From NCBI GenBank assembly GCA_977017645.1, contig OZ360223.1:213590001-213654000 (forward strand): 64,000 nt of DNA, given 5' to 3'. This stretch comes from Torpedo marmorata (lineage: Eukaryota). The translations under genes and the position numbers were made by a program. Shown in pieces: positions 49,693 through 62,508 of the stretch (position 1 is its first letter; every line of letters starts with the position of its first letter). Below the pieces are notes generated by a model. The model was not told the origin of the DNA. It saw only the letters and a list, made by a program, of their open reading frames with translations, and did not search any database.

Positions 49693-51545
49693 CTTTTTTT
49701 TTTACAAAAGTTTATTCAAACTGCAACAATAGTACAAAACTCAACAAACTATACATCTAAACATACTATTTACATTGTTAGAAATTCTGATTAGTGGTAA
49801 TCAATACCGCTCCTTTGTTACATACAAGTTACTGCACAGATGCAATAAACTACACACTATTTACATGTTCAAATTAAAATTATGTTGTTACAATTTACGA
49901 TGCACTCAATCCTTTGGGGGGCCCACTGTCCCGGAATTCGCTCACTGTCCTGTTGGATACGGTGTGCTCCCACACAGGCCCGGACATAACCCCGAAAGAG
50001 GGGCAGGTAGTCAGCTCATCCAGAACCCTCGATTGCCCGCTTCCTCAATCCGTGAATGGCCATCTTGGCCAGGCCCAGCAACAACCCAACAAGGAGATCC
50101 TCTGAGCAACTGACACCCCCCTCCGCACAGTGTGGGGCTGAAGTGCAGCCAGAACTTGAAAAGCAGCAACTTCAGGTAGGCAAAGAGGGGCTGCAATCTC
50201 TCACACTCCACCTACATAGTTGGGGTGTTGGTGAACCGATTCAGGAAGCGGTTTCACGGCACCTCTCTGTGCAGCACTCTCCACCCCAGGTCCCTGATGT
50301 AAAGGGGGAGGATTTCCGCGTAAGGAGACCTCCACTGGGGACCTCCCTCATCGCTGAGTGGTAAAACAGACACTCTAGATGGCAGACGAGGGCAAGGAAG
50401 TGATAAGTGAGCAGTAGCAGCTCGCACAAGAACTGCTTCAACACGAATCGGAACGGCACGGTGGGAGTCACCACAAAGCGGCTTACATAGTGCTGGACCG
50501 GCGCCCGAAAGAGATGTCGGGCCTTGGGTCTGACAAACAACTCCGGTTTATCAGGGGTCAGCACAGCCAGATTTGCTCTACCTCCTCTTCACCACCCCCC
50601 CCCACCCCGAGCTTCCTCGACACCTGTCACATCCAGGGACCAGCTTCTCTGGAAGAGACCATGCCCCAGACCTGCATGAGCTCCCAATAAAAAGAGGGAA
50701 GCTCCCGCAGAGTGGCACGGCTTGATGTTCGTCCCCGGGAGCCGTGTGCCCTCCTGAAGGCAGCGACCCCTGCAAAGAAAGTAAATGGCCAGCACATGCT
50801 CTCACGGAGGGTGCTTGGTATATAGGTATCTCTGCAGGGCCCTGAGGCAGAGAGCTCCCAGCTGGGTACAGACACACAAGAGCGACTGACCGTCCTCTGT
50901 GGTCTCGAGACTCAGAACCGCTGAAGAGACACAGTGCCTCCTGTTATCCCAGAAGTCCACCAACTTCCTCTGGGTCATGGCGATAAATACAGTGGGTGGG
51001 ACTAGGGTGACAAGGCAGTACAACAGGATCAGGTCCACTAGCTGGTTGATGACAGTGCCCTGTCCCAGTATGAAATCGCATGGAGGAGACACGACCAGCG
51101 TCCCAGTCAGTCATAGACTTTTGCATTTAAGTCCCGGCAGGTCTCCAGCCAGGTCTCCCCAGTGGCGCACAGGTAGACCCCCAGGTGAAGGACATGCGTG
51201 GTGCTCCACTCAAAGGGTTGCATCTCCTCTGGGTAGGATTCCACCTGCTATTGACCCACCAGAAGACCGGATCACTTCGCCCAGTTGATCCTGGCAGACG
51301 ACGCGGCCGAGAAGACCTTCTGGCACTCACGCATTCTCTGCAGGCCAGCATGGTCAGTCACTATAAAGAGGACATTGTCGGCATAAGCCAAGGGGATGAC
51401 ATCCATCTCCAGCTCGTGTGGCACCAGACCCATAAACCTCTTCTTGAGAAGGCACAGGAAAGGCTCTGAACATATGGAATTTAGCTGCCCCGACATGGGG
51501 CACCTCTGACGCACCCCCCTCCTGAAGCGATAGGGCGCACAACAT
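49693..51545 (-). mobile_element. Tx1/L1-clade LINE, 5'-truncated and decayed
   Basis: RGVRQRCPMSGQL...LAYADNV...SAASSARINWAK (51272-51580); VINQLV...QRKLVDFW; ECERLQPLFAYLKLLL; AATAAA plus poly(A) at about 49693-49716. Confidence 0.85.
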
Positions 51546-51580
51546 CTTTCTTGCAGCACAGTAACCAAAAAGTAACACAA

Positions 51581-52130
51581 TCAAGTCAAGTCAAGTCAAG
51601 TCACCTTTATTTGTCGTTCATTACCATATACACAGTAAGACGAGATAGCGTTTCTCCAGGACCATGGGCAGATGTACATAAATATCATAATACAATAGAA
51701 AAACTATAACATGCTAATACACATATATATCTAGGAATTGAGGAGCCTGATGGCTTGGGGAAAAAACTGTTGCACAGTCTGGACGTACGAGCCCGAGTGC
51801 TTCGGTACCTCCTTCCAGATGGCAAAAGGGAAAACAGTTTATCAAAGTGGTGTGAGAAGTCCTTCACAATGTTTTTAGCCTTCCTCATGCATCGTGTGTT
51901 GTAGATGTCCAACATGGTGGGGAGAGAGACTCCAATAATTTTCTCCGCTGACCCCACTATCCTCTGCAGGGTCTTTCGGTCCGAGATGGTACAGTTACCA
52001 AACCAAGCGGTGATGCAATTGCTCAGAATATTCTCAATACATCCCCTGTAGAATGTAGTAAGGATAGGGGGTGGGAGATGAACTTTCCCCAGCCTTCGCA
52101 GGAAGTAAAGACGCTGCTGGGGTCTCACCA
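51581..52130 (-). mobile_element. Rex-Babar LINE 3' fragment
   Basis: ORF 51685-52152 QQRLYFLRRL...FYRGCIENILSNCITAWFG...LFSLLPSGRRYRS; (CTTGA)n tail. Confidence 0.92.
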
Positions 52131-52294
52131 ATGTCTTATCCAACTGCAACAAGACCTAAAATCAACACTCTGATGAAGACTATTGTGCTGAAAGCCGTTT
52201 TGATCACTGTGATGCCACCTTCAAGGTACTATGTACCTGTACTCCTAGATCCCTCTGCTCTACAATACTCCTCACATCCCTAATATTCACTTGG

Positions 52295-52975
52295 CTAGGT
52301 TAACCACTTTCTGTAGCCTTTTGCATTCCTGGGTGCACAAGTTTCCAACCAGGCCACAGTGCAAACAGTCAGAAAACTATCCACAGTACACCAAAAGAAG
52401 TTCAATTGGGTATATGATGACATGCAAAATCTCCTCAGACTCCTGAGAAAGTAAAGGCATCAATGTTCTGGCTCCAGGAGAGGTCCTCCGATAGGTGGAC
52501 TCCTAGGAATTTGAAGATATTAACCTTCTCAACATCTGTCCCTCCAACAAATACAGGTGCACAGTCCCTCCCCTTCCTAAAGCTCTTTAGTTTTGCTGAT
52601 GCTGAGAATAAGATTGTTATTCTTGTGCCACACAATCACATTCTTGATCTACATCCTATGTTCTGACTCTTCATTACCCATTATGCGGCCAACAATTGTG
52701 GTGACATCAACAAATTTATAGTTTCCATTGGAGTGGACCTTGGTTACATAATCATGGGTGTAGAGGGAATAGAGCAGTGGACTAAGTACCCAGGCTTGAG
52801 ATGCCCCTGTGTTGATGGTAAGCAAGAAGGAGGTGCTGTTGCCAAACCACACTGACTGGGGTCTGCTGATGAGGAAATGGAGGACACTATTGCAAAGGGG
52901 TCAGAGTTCCAGATCCCGGAATTTGATTATTAGTTTTGCTGGTATTATGATGTTAAATACCGAGCTAACTGATGG
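52295..52975 (-). mobile_element. Rex-Babar RT fragment
   Basis: INTGASQAWVLSPLLYSLYTHD...KFVDVTTIVGRI and VNIFKFLGVHLSEDLSWS. Confidence 0.85.
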
Positions 52976-53673
52976 AGATAAGGAGAGGCCGTGGGACCAT
53001 GCACCTGTCTGTGTTGATGTGATGGAGGTGAAGAAGATTAGTACTTTCAAGTTCCTGGGAATCCATATATCAGAAGACCTCTCTGGACCCAGCACGTCGA
53101 AGCAACCATGAAGAAGGCACACCAACATCTCCATTTTCTAAGAAGTCTGAGAAAATTTTCCATGACATTGAATATACTATCAAACTTCTACAGGTGCACG
53201 GTGGTAATTATACTGGCCAGTTTCAGCACAGCCTGGTAATTCAAGTGCCCATGAATGCAGAAGGCTGCAAAGGGTAGGAAACAAAGCCAGGTCCGTCACA
53301 GGCTTCGACCTTCCATCCATTGAAGATATCCATGTGAGGCGCTGCCTCAAGAAGCCAGCCAGCATTATAAAGGGGGTCATCACCCTAGTTGCAAGCGCTT
53401 CTCACTGCTACCTTTAAGTGGAAGGTACAGAAGCCTAAAGATCAGCACCTCTAGGTTCAAAACATCCTCTTTCCAACAGCTATTAGGCTCTTGAACCTCC
53501 CCTTGTTACCTAATCACGGACTACTCTGACTCCACAAAAAAGATGGCCTTCACTATTGTATCACCACTTTTTTCTTGTGACTATTTATTACGTATCTTTT
53601 ATATTTATTATCTCTTTTTAATCTCTTTTTAATTGCAATTTTTAATGAAGTAACTGTTCAGCTACAGCAAGAC

Positions 53674-54374
53674 TTTTTAAAAAAATATTTTATTTTTCAT
53701 TTTCAGAATTTTTCACAAAACATTAATAAACAATCACAAAATATACACAAATTTCAAACGTGTCAATTACAGAATACATTACACCCTTAACCCTCCCTCC
53801 CCCACCCAAAAAAAGAAAAAGAATAAAACCAAGACAAAAAGAAAAAGAAAAAGAGCGGAACAGTTGGCGTAGCGGTTAGCGTAACACCTTTACAGCGCCA
53901 GCGATGGGACCGGACCTGGGTTTGAATCCCATGCTGTCTGTAAGGAGTTTGTACGTTCTCCCCGTGTCTGCGTGGGTTTTCTCCGGGGGCTCCGGTTTCC
54001 TCCCACCTTTCAAAATGTACCGGGGGTGTAAATTGGGCGGCACAAACTCGTAGGGCCGAAATGGCCTGTTACAGTGCTGTATGTCTAAATTTAAAAATTA
54101 ATTTTAAAAAAAATTAAATTTAAAACTAAACATACCGTCAGTGCTTAGAACTTTTGTTCAAGTATTTGGGGATGTTACACCTTTAAAATAATTATACATT
54201 ACATTATACCATACCTCAGGGGTTTGATTACAACTTAGCACCAATGTGCTCCAAGTACGGTTGCCACACTATATGTAATTTTTTCCATGGGGATACAGCT
54301 GTACATTTCCATAGACCATCGAGTGATGAGAAGGGGGGAGTCGGACTTCCAAGTAACTGCGATGCATTTTTTTT
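53674..54374 (-). mobile_element. L1-type LINE 3' fragment
   Basis: Minus strand AKKCIAVTWKSDSP-like C-terminus, A-rich tail, and a 13-bp direct repeat GCTACAGCAAGAC at 53661-53673 and 54375-54387. Confidence 0.75.
53853..54125 (+). mobile_element. tRNA-derived SINE (HE1/V-SINE type)
   Basis: tggcgtagcggttagc A-box, ggtttgaatccc B-box, V domain, and TAAATT-type tail. Confidence 0.92.
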
Positions 54375-55499
54375 GCTACAGCAAGACAGTTGCTACATAT
54401 CTACATTGCACAATGTTTATGACAATAAACTGATTATTTTTATCATTATCATCATTATCAATGTGGTCCAGGTGATGTAAGATTGCTTCTGCTGTTGACC
54501 TGCTGTTCTGGTAGGGGAGCTGACTGCTGGAAACATTCATCAAAGACAAAATGAATTTTCAGGTGGAGAAGCATAGACAACCAGCACAGATGTGTTAAAT
54601 TGTGCCGTATTAACCTGATTGGGTTCTTTGATGTTGAGAATAAATTATGACCATTTGTCCTGTAGAAGCAGCCATATTTTTTGCTAAAAATAATTTTTCC
54701 AAGTGTGAGTGAATTGATGGAATTTGTCCAGCATCTTCATAGATGAGTTATGTTGGCCCTAAAGAGAGGTGTCATGGCCAGTTATCAAATTTGTGTGGAC
54801 TTCCTCCTTGCAGAACTTCGAAAATACACTGATGAGACAAAAAAATCTTCCATACTTTTCTTGACAAAATAAGAAAGACAATGGATGAAGGTATTATAGT
54901 TGATAGATTTCAAAATATATTCAATAAATTGCCATCTTACAGGCTTTCAGAAAATAGAAGTATATGATATTAAAAGGATATGACTACTTTTACACATAGA
55001 TAAAGAACAGGTGTCGGAAAGTAATGATGGATTGATGTTTTTTCACTTAAAAGAAGAATGCTTTTGGGTCACTCACTGAATACTAGGAACCTTTGCCTTG
55101 TGAATGGTCTGCACTTAGATATAGGGAGTGCAGCTTCGATATTTGGAGGGGTTGACTCAGAAATAGTGCTGTTCATCAATCTTTAATGGTAGTATTGATA
55201 AGGCAGTTACAAAGGAAATTGGAAATAAAAAAAACATCTGCAGACAATGGATGTTTTGGTTCATAAGTGGGGACACCAAATACAGGTCTGAAAACACTTT
55301 GCAAAGCATTATTTAGACCTCACTTGCAGGATTGCATACAATTCTTTTCAGAATAATTAAGGTCTTGGAGAGGATATGGAGGAAACTTGCCAGGGTGATA
55401 CCAGTAATAAGGGATTTCAGGGATTAGGAGACATCACGGAACATGGGTTTGTTCTCCCATTGTATCCCCAATAGAATCATTACAAAGATTTTAAGGGAA

Positions 55500-55990
55500 C
55501 AAAGCAATATCTGAAATAAATATTGAAACTGTGGGATGTACAAGACATTAGGCATTTAGAGAGTTGTTATTTCAGGTTAAACACTTTCCATAAGAATGGG
55601 GGGGGGAGGAACTAAACTAAGAATTAACAAGCAAAAGGGTGGGCGAGGAAAGGGGTAAGGAAAGCTTAAGACTGGCTGTGATAAGATCCAAAATAGGAGT
55701 GATTAATGAGAAAACGTGATGAATGCAAGAAAAATGTGACGGGTAAAATGGATGGGTTTAGACAAAGTGCAAATTGCATAAGTGGAATCATTGAAGGCAT
55801 TCAGCCCAATGTTAAGTCTGACTTGGCTGTAATTTACCTCACTGAAATATAATATTGCAGGTCCTTGAACTTATTTTGAACTTCGTCAGAACAGTGTAGG
55901 AGGCTGATGATGACTGCAATGTCATAACAAGAGTGAGACAGAAAATTAAGTGACAATGAAAGGGATGTTTGAATTGAGAATGGGGATGTT
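55500..55990 (-). mobile_element. Highly decayed Penelope-like 3' relic
   Basis: Same layout as the plus-strand view of the young PLEs: tail motif, purine tract, then caatgttaagtc...gagtgagacagaaaattaagtg. Confidence 0.4.
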
Positions 55991-56344
55991 CTGCAGAGTG
56001 GCCATTTATTCTCCTCCTCGACACTGGAAATAACATGTGTATAAATGAATGAACATATCTGGGTGGACTTTATAGTTGAAAATAAAATCTGACTGGCTGC
56101 TGGTTTTGTTGATCTTCCACCTTTCATTCCATCTGCATGACTATATCTCATTAATTCCCCATCCCACTAACACTCTGGGCTATCTGTGCCTGCCCACCTA
56201 AAAACGTTCCATTGAAACTCACAAATAGCTCCAGATAAACTCAAGGATCTAATGGAGTGTATTTTGACTAGGCACATCATAGTCACCTGGGTTCAACATT
56301 GAATCCGACAATTTCACCAAATAATTCTACTAACCCTATTTACA

Positions 56345-57265
56345 TAGAACAGTTACGTAGAAGAGTACAGTACATGAATAGGTCCTTCAGCCCACAATGT
56401 ATCAAGTATGATGCCAAATTAAACCAAATCTCATGCTTGCACATCATACATATCCCTCTATTCCCAACATATCCATGTGAAACAAGCTAGAATCCTCTTA
56501 AACGTTGCTATCATATCTGCTTCCATCACTGCTCCAGGCACCTCACACTCTTTGTGTAAAACAACTTGCCCACACATCTCCTTTAAACTTCCTTCTCCTC
56601 CACCCTAAATGCATGTCCTCCAGTGTTTGAGATTTTTACCAGGGAAAAAGATTCTGATTGTCCATCCTATCAATTTCCCTCCTAATCTTATAAACTTCTG
56701 TCAGGTCTCCTCTCAGATTCCGATGATCCAGAGAAAACAACCCAAGTTTTGTGCAACTTCTCCTTACAACTCACATCCTCTAATCCAGGAAGCATCCTGG
56801 TAAGTCTCTTCTGTACTCTTTGCAAAGCCTCCACATCCTTCATGTAACAGGGTGACCAGAAAGCACAATTTTCCAAGTGTAATGTAACCCAAGTTTTATA
56901 AGTGACATTACTTCCTTAATTTTGCACAAAATGTCCTGCCCAATGAAGGCAAATCTGCCATATAGCTTCTTTGCCAATTTATCTGCTTGTGTGGCCACTT
57001 TCAGGGACCTATGGGCTTGGACTGCTTGGACTGCCAGATGCTTTTGCACATCAATGTGGTTAAGAGTTCTGCTGTTAACTGTATACTTTACCTTTACATT
57101 TGACCTTCCAAAGTGCAACACCTCTCACTTGCCTGCATTAAACTCCATCTGCCATACTCTGCCCATACTTGTAATTGATCTACATGCTGCTGTATTCTTT
57201 GATAGTCTTGTCCACAACTCCACCAATCTTTGTGGCATCTACAAATGTATTCACCCACCCACCTA
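56345..57265 (-). mobile_element. CR1 LINE 3' portion
   Basis: FVDATKIGGVVD, LHFGRSN, and FWSPCYMKDVEALQRVQKRLTRMLPGL. Confidence 0.85.
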
Positions 57266-57627
57266 CATCTCTTATTTTGTTACTTGTCCCATTGTTGCCC
57301 ACTTTGTTTTGACCATTAATTACTTTTACATTTGTAGGCAGCCTGTGTGGTTTGTACCTCTTCTTCACCATTTCTCTGCATCTCATCCCTAACTCTTTGT
57401 CATCAAGGCCATTGACCTGAAACTTTAGCTCTGTTTTTTTCTGAGCATCATGGACAATTCCTGTTAATAATACACAGTATTTGCAAAATAGATAGTTAAG
57501 CAGAAGTCATCAATTTAAAATGTGACAAAAAGACAAGAGATAAAGGAGGGCAATTTGCCACAACAAGTACTGAGAAGGTTGGAACGTAATGCCCGATGAA
57601 GTGTTGGAATCAGACTAGATGGAATCT

Positions 57628-57852
57628 TTAAATTTAAATTTAGATGTACAGCACGGTAACAGGCCATTTCAGCCCACGAGCCTGTGCCTCCCAATTAACC
57701 TACAACCCCGGTACGTTTCAAATAGTAGGAGGAAACTGGAGACACAGGGAGAACGTACCAACTCCTTACAGACAGCGTGGGATTCGAACCCCAGTCCCAA
57801 TCGCTGGCGCTATAACAGTGTTGCGCTAACTGCTACGCCAACCGTGCCGCTC
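57628..57852 (-). mobile_element. tRNA-derived SINE (HE1/V-SINE type) among plus-strand CR1 3' remnants (about 57540-58150)
   Basis: Minus strand gagcggcacggttggcgtagcagttagc...gggttcgaatccc...; shortened V domain; (TAAATT)n tail. Confidence 0.88.
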
Positions 57853-58880
57853 CATGTAACTAGACATGTAACCCGAGGGCAGCAATCGCCAATACCAGAG
57901 GATATCTGTTTAAAGTGAATGGAGTTTAGGGGAGAAGTTAGAGGTAAGAATTTTACACAAAGAGAGGTGGATGCCTGGAATACATTGCCGGGGTGGTGGT
58001 GGAGGCTGGTACAATAGGGACATTTAAAAGACACATAGATAAAATAAATAAAGGTTATAGGTTGTGAGGTTGGGAAGAGTTAGATTGATGGAGTAGGTTG
58101 ATATAGGTCAGTCTAACATCATGGGCGAAGTGCTGTTCTATGTTCTAAGTCAGTAACGACAAGCTTATTACGGGTTGAGATTGGGTAGAGAACTAAGGTT
58201 GAGCTCAAAGAAAACCGCGGTTTCAAATAATCAGGACAAACGCGACAGGATGAATAGCATACTTCCCAGCTGTTAGATCCCACGATCTTAGAATCAGGTA
58301 GAAATCATTTAAAAACACGACCGCCATCAACCCCCCTCTCTGTACAGTTGCTGGGCCCACTAATCCCTTGCACTGCATTAGAAGCAGAAGCAGGCCCTTT
58401 GACCTCTCCTGCCTGAACCGCCTTTCATAATTTTCATGCATGGACCCAAGTCCCTTGATTCCTTTGGTATACAAGGATCAATCTCTCACTGTCTTGAACT
58501 CATTCAGCGCCCGAGTCTTCTCAACTCTCTTGGGGAGAACTCCAAAGATTCACTACCTTCTCGGTGACGAAATATCACCTTCAACAACTTCATCTTATAC
58601 CGGGAAACATTGTCCATCAGCAGCTCTTCTGTTATTGTTCAATTGCCTATTTTCCCACCCAGATTTGTTAGTAGATGTACAGATAAACTATGTGCTATTG
58701 CAAATGCACGTGTTTTGATGACAGAACGCTCCTAAATAACGTATGGGTTTAAATATAAAGGTAACGGTTCCATTATTGGATAGTAATACCACATTTATGA
58801 TGTGACATACATGAAATTCTTTAATTTTTGTCTACCTTAAGGCAGACAGAGAGTTATTTTTGTCCAGCGCCCCTCACAGA

Positions 58881-58999
58881 AACCTACAGCACCTGGGGTT
58901 CCTTGGCGGTCTCCCCTCCAAGTACTGACCAGTCCTGTGCCTGCTTAGCTTCCGAGATCAGACAATCCCAGTCGTATTCAGGCTATTGGTGCTGTATAT
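58881..58999 (-). pseudogene. Diverged 5S rRNA-derived sequence (SINE head or pseudogene)
   Basis: Minus strand agcctgaatacg...tctgatctcggaagctaagcagg...ctggtcagtacttggaggggagaccgcc...caggtgctgtagg is collinear with 5S rRNA; solitary, with multiple substitutions and no T4 terminator. Confidence 0.9.
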
Positions 59000-59539
59000 A
59001 CATAACAGGACTCGGGGTTACTGCGAAGGAGAATATAGAGCTGGGTTATTTTACAAGAACTCTGATTATCGCATAAGTAGGGTTGACGTCATGTTTTAGC
59101 ACCTTCATCTTTGATTCGGAGCATAGTAATACATGTCACAGGGAGGAACCAGCGGCTGATTACTCAAGTTATAGAAGTTACTTTCAGTTTATCCTACAGC
59201 AGCCCAAATTAAATAAAATCTCATGACGGGGGCGGACAAGGGCAGAATGAAACAGTGGTAAAATAAAGGTCTACGACTCGTTCCCTCTCTATATTTAAAC
59301 GTTGATGTGCACATTGTCTAGGCACGTATGTACAAAGATTTCCATTTTATTGGCTCTCTTTGGTGAATCTCCTCTTGGAATCAAGCCAATGTTCAACAGC
59401 AAGAAGTGAGATTGTTTTTATATTTTTTCCCTCAAGTATTCTTTTACCAACTGATAGAATAAAACATTGCAACGAGCGATAGCAACCATTTTGGGAGACT
59501 GGGGAGTGACCTGGGCAAGCGCTAAGATCTCTAAATGAA

Positions 59540-59740
59540 AGTACAAAAATAAAGTGCAAGTGCTGGAAATCTGAAGTTAAAACAAACCAAACACTGGAAA
59601 CATTCAACAGGGCAGCCAACTTCTTTGGAAAGAGCGAACGTTAACATTTCAGGTGCGAGACCATTCTTCAGAACTAAAATATTATTTTTCTTTCCACAGC
59701 TGCTGACTGGTTTTCGAAGTGTTTCCACCATTGTCCACTT
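59540..59740. mobile_element. PLE-derived tail relic with hammerhead-like motif (59632-59675, minus strand)
   Basis: tgctggaaatctgaa...cactggaaacattcaacag; minus strand CTGAAGA-ATGGTCTCGCACCT-GAAA-TGTTAAC. Confidence 0.55.
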
Positions 59741-61469
59741 TTAGTCCTATCCTATCCGAGACCTTGATGCAACATTTGGAAAATCTTTGCCGTTTAAAAC
59801 AAATAAAAGATGCCGCATTCTATCGTCTGCGGTCCCGGGACCCTGATTTTCAGTGCAGCGTTCTTGAATAAAAGACAAATCTGGCAAGCATCATCTTCCG
59901 GACCAGAGAAGGTCAAATTCCCACACGCTCAGCATACCGGAAAACACTTTTAGTGTCTCAGCACAGCAGCGCGTGAATTCAAGCATTCTGGTCGTGGCCC
60001 CGAATAAAGCGTACAGCGGCATCAAAGACATTAGGATGTTAATTCCAAGCGAAACAATAATATTTCAATTGAAAGAAAGGTAAAGAGTGGCAATGTTTGA
60101 GGGGAGCTTTGATGTGGAGGGCGGGAGCGCAGATGGTGAATATTTAGAATATAGACCATAAGATATAGGAGTAGATTTGACGGATTACAGACAGGCAGAC
60201 TGATAGCTGGATGGATGCACGCATCTGAAAATGAACAGGGTATGAACGTTCCAAAGCTCCACTCTGTTGATTACTTCGATACGTTGTCCAATAAATACAG
60301 ACCATGGCATTGTTAATTACAATAAGCGGGAGTTTAAAAACAATCGAAGGGATCTCTTTGTTTCAGTCCTAACCTTTAGACTTGACTTCGCCAGTGTTCC
60401 AAGAATTGTAAATTAGTCAGCGCCCCGGCCATGCACTTTTGGTTCACACCGGCTGCCTCTGACTCGCGTGTTTAACGGGGAGACCTCAGTAGAGAAGTTA
60501 AGAATATATATATAAACTGTTAATCTTATTTAGGGAACGTGTTGAAGGAGAGATAATAATTGGCTTTAATAATTGGTTTATCTTACTTGCTCAAAGGCCT
60601 CATTTATAATTTTAAAAAAATTGCGAATCGGAATGCTGGAATTTTCAGATTCTTTATCTACATCCTAAGTGTTCCATCCAAAGTTATAGACATGACTCAA
60701 CTTTCGCTCGGTGTGATATTGCTTTGGATGTGGAAAGAGATTAACAGTGAAATAAGGGAGCCCATCAGACCTCCGTCTATATTGAAACTTGGCGGCGAGA
60801 CAATAGTTGGGTTCACGCAGTATGCTGTGTAACTCCAGTCCGGTATGAGGTCTGTACTATTTCCTTCCTCGTTTTAAAATGTATTATCATATTAATAGAA
60901 CACATTCTCTCACATCCACGCCATCCTAACATTCATAACATCCGGAGAGCGGTGGGCAAGTGTTGGAGGTCTTTTGATTGTAGAATGGACCCAAGCAATC
61001 GCAACGCAGATTTGAGTATCTGAACTTTCCACTTAAGTGAGACCTATTGAGGTGGTTGGTGGTGGGGAGTTGGAAATGCCTTCCCCATTTCGCATTTCAC
61101 ATCAGATGGAACAATTAAAACGTTTGAGGAGTAATTTCCGGTTTGATATATTTATTGAGATCTGGAGTGAACTGGACGAAGAAATTAAGTATGCCTGCTG
61201 GCTTTATGGCGGGGTGAAAACTTTGCTCAATGCCTCAAGTTCTCTGCCTTTGTCTAGGGATTCACATTCTCGTTTAACAGTGGACAACTATCAAATAGCT
61301 CTGTAATATGAATTCACTTACTCCGCTCAACTCAATTAACTCCCCCTTTTTTTTTTAGCATGAATCTGATAGGTACGTTGCGGAACGAATAATCCGGAGA
61401 ACATGAGTTCAAATTCGAAAATGTCAACATTGATTTGAAATATGAGCTCCAGTAAAGTTAGAACCCCGT

Positions 61470-61945
61470 CTAATCCTTATAAACTATTAGTTAGGCCAAA
61501 ACTGGAGTACTGTATACAACCCTGATCACCAGACTATAGGGAGGTCGTGATTGTTTTGGGGAAGAAATTGGCCAGGAAATTGCCTGGGATTGAATTTTTC
61601 AGTTCTGAGATAGATGAGATAGAACTGAAGCAGCCCTGATAACAGCGTAAAACTTTAGAAGAAGCAAATAGGGTAAACAGAAGGAAATGTTCCCCCATTG
61701 CAGAGATGTCTAAACCGAGAGATAGGTACAAGGCAAAGTGGAAGGCTTAGCCGTGATCTGCCGCGTTCAGGAGTGGTGGAGGCAGAGAGCATCAAGGCTT
61801 TTAATAATTATGTAGACGAACACTCGAATCGCCAAGGAACGAAAGGTAACTGACCAAATGCCAGTGAAAGGAATTGACACAGATAGGTTGTTGGTGGTCG
61901 GCTGAGACATGGTGGACCGAAGGGTCTTGTTTTATGCGCTATGAC
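61470..61945 (+). mobile_element. Old CR1 3' fragment
   Basis: ttataaactattagttaggccaaaactggagtactgtatacaa (YKLLVRPKLEYCIQ); tail ggaccgaagggtcttgttttatgcgctatgac. Confidence 0.75.
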
Positions 61946-62508
61946 AAGACCAGTAATAACGCTGTCAGTTTCTAGTAAGAACAAAACATAGGCACAGAAA
62001 AGAAAGACTTCTGTGGTTAGTCAACCTCGTTCAGATTCAGATGCAGTCCCCGACCAACGCGGATACTCAATGGTCCCCTGAAATGGCCCAGCAAATCTCT
62101 CAACCGAATCAACTATTCAAGAAGAAGGTCCATCGTCAGATTTCAGGACATTTAACAATAGAAAACAAGTGGCAACACCGATATCTCAAGTAAAAAGATT
62201 TGAATAAAACATTGAGATATTTCTCGTGCTTGCCGTAGGAGCAGCTTCCAGGAGAGGTGCAATACGACAGTGATGGCACAGCACCTGCGACTGCGTGTTT
62301 AAAACTCAAATTGTTAACATATATTCAATAAATCGAGTAATTTATGGACTATCATCGACGCCCCATCCACAAAAAAACCCTTTTTTTATTAATATCCTTC
62401 AGGGAAGCAATCTGTCACCTAACCCTGTAAATACGTGGTTAACAGAACCGAGGACAGGCGCAGTTGACTCCGTGCTAACATTTGCCACAAGACGTTTAAG
62501 GATTAAAA

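Larger units (their letters stand above)
52978..54460 (+). mobile_element. Rex-Babar 3' fragment interrupted by L1 and SINE insertions
   Basis: STFKFLGIHISEDLS, ctcactgctacctt, ctaggttcaaaac; the tail TGACAATAAA plus ATC repeats resumes at 54388-54460. Confidence 0.8.

Noticed and set aside
52295-53660. Head-to-head Rex fragments as one twin-primed inversion
   Set aside because: The two arms cover the same RT segment and are clearly diverged from each other, so they are separate insertions.
58881-58999. Functional 5S rRNA gene
   Set aside because: Solitary, many substitutions in stem regions, no oligo-T terminator, and fused to a retroposon-like tail.
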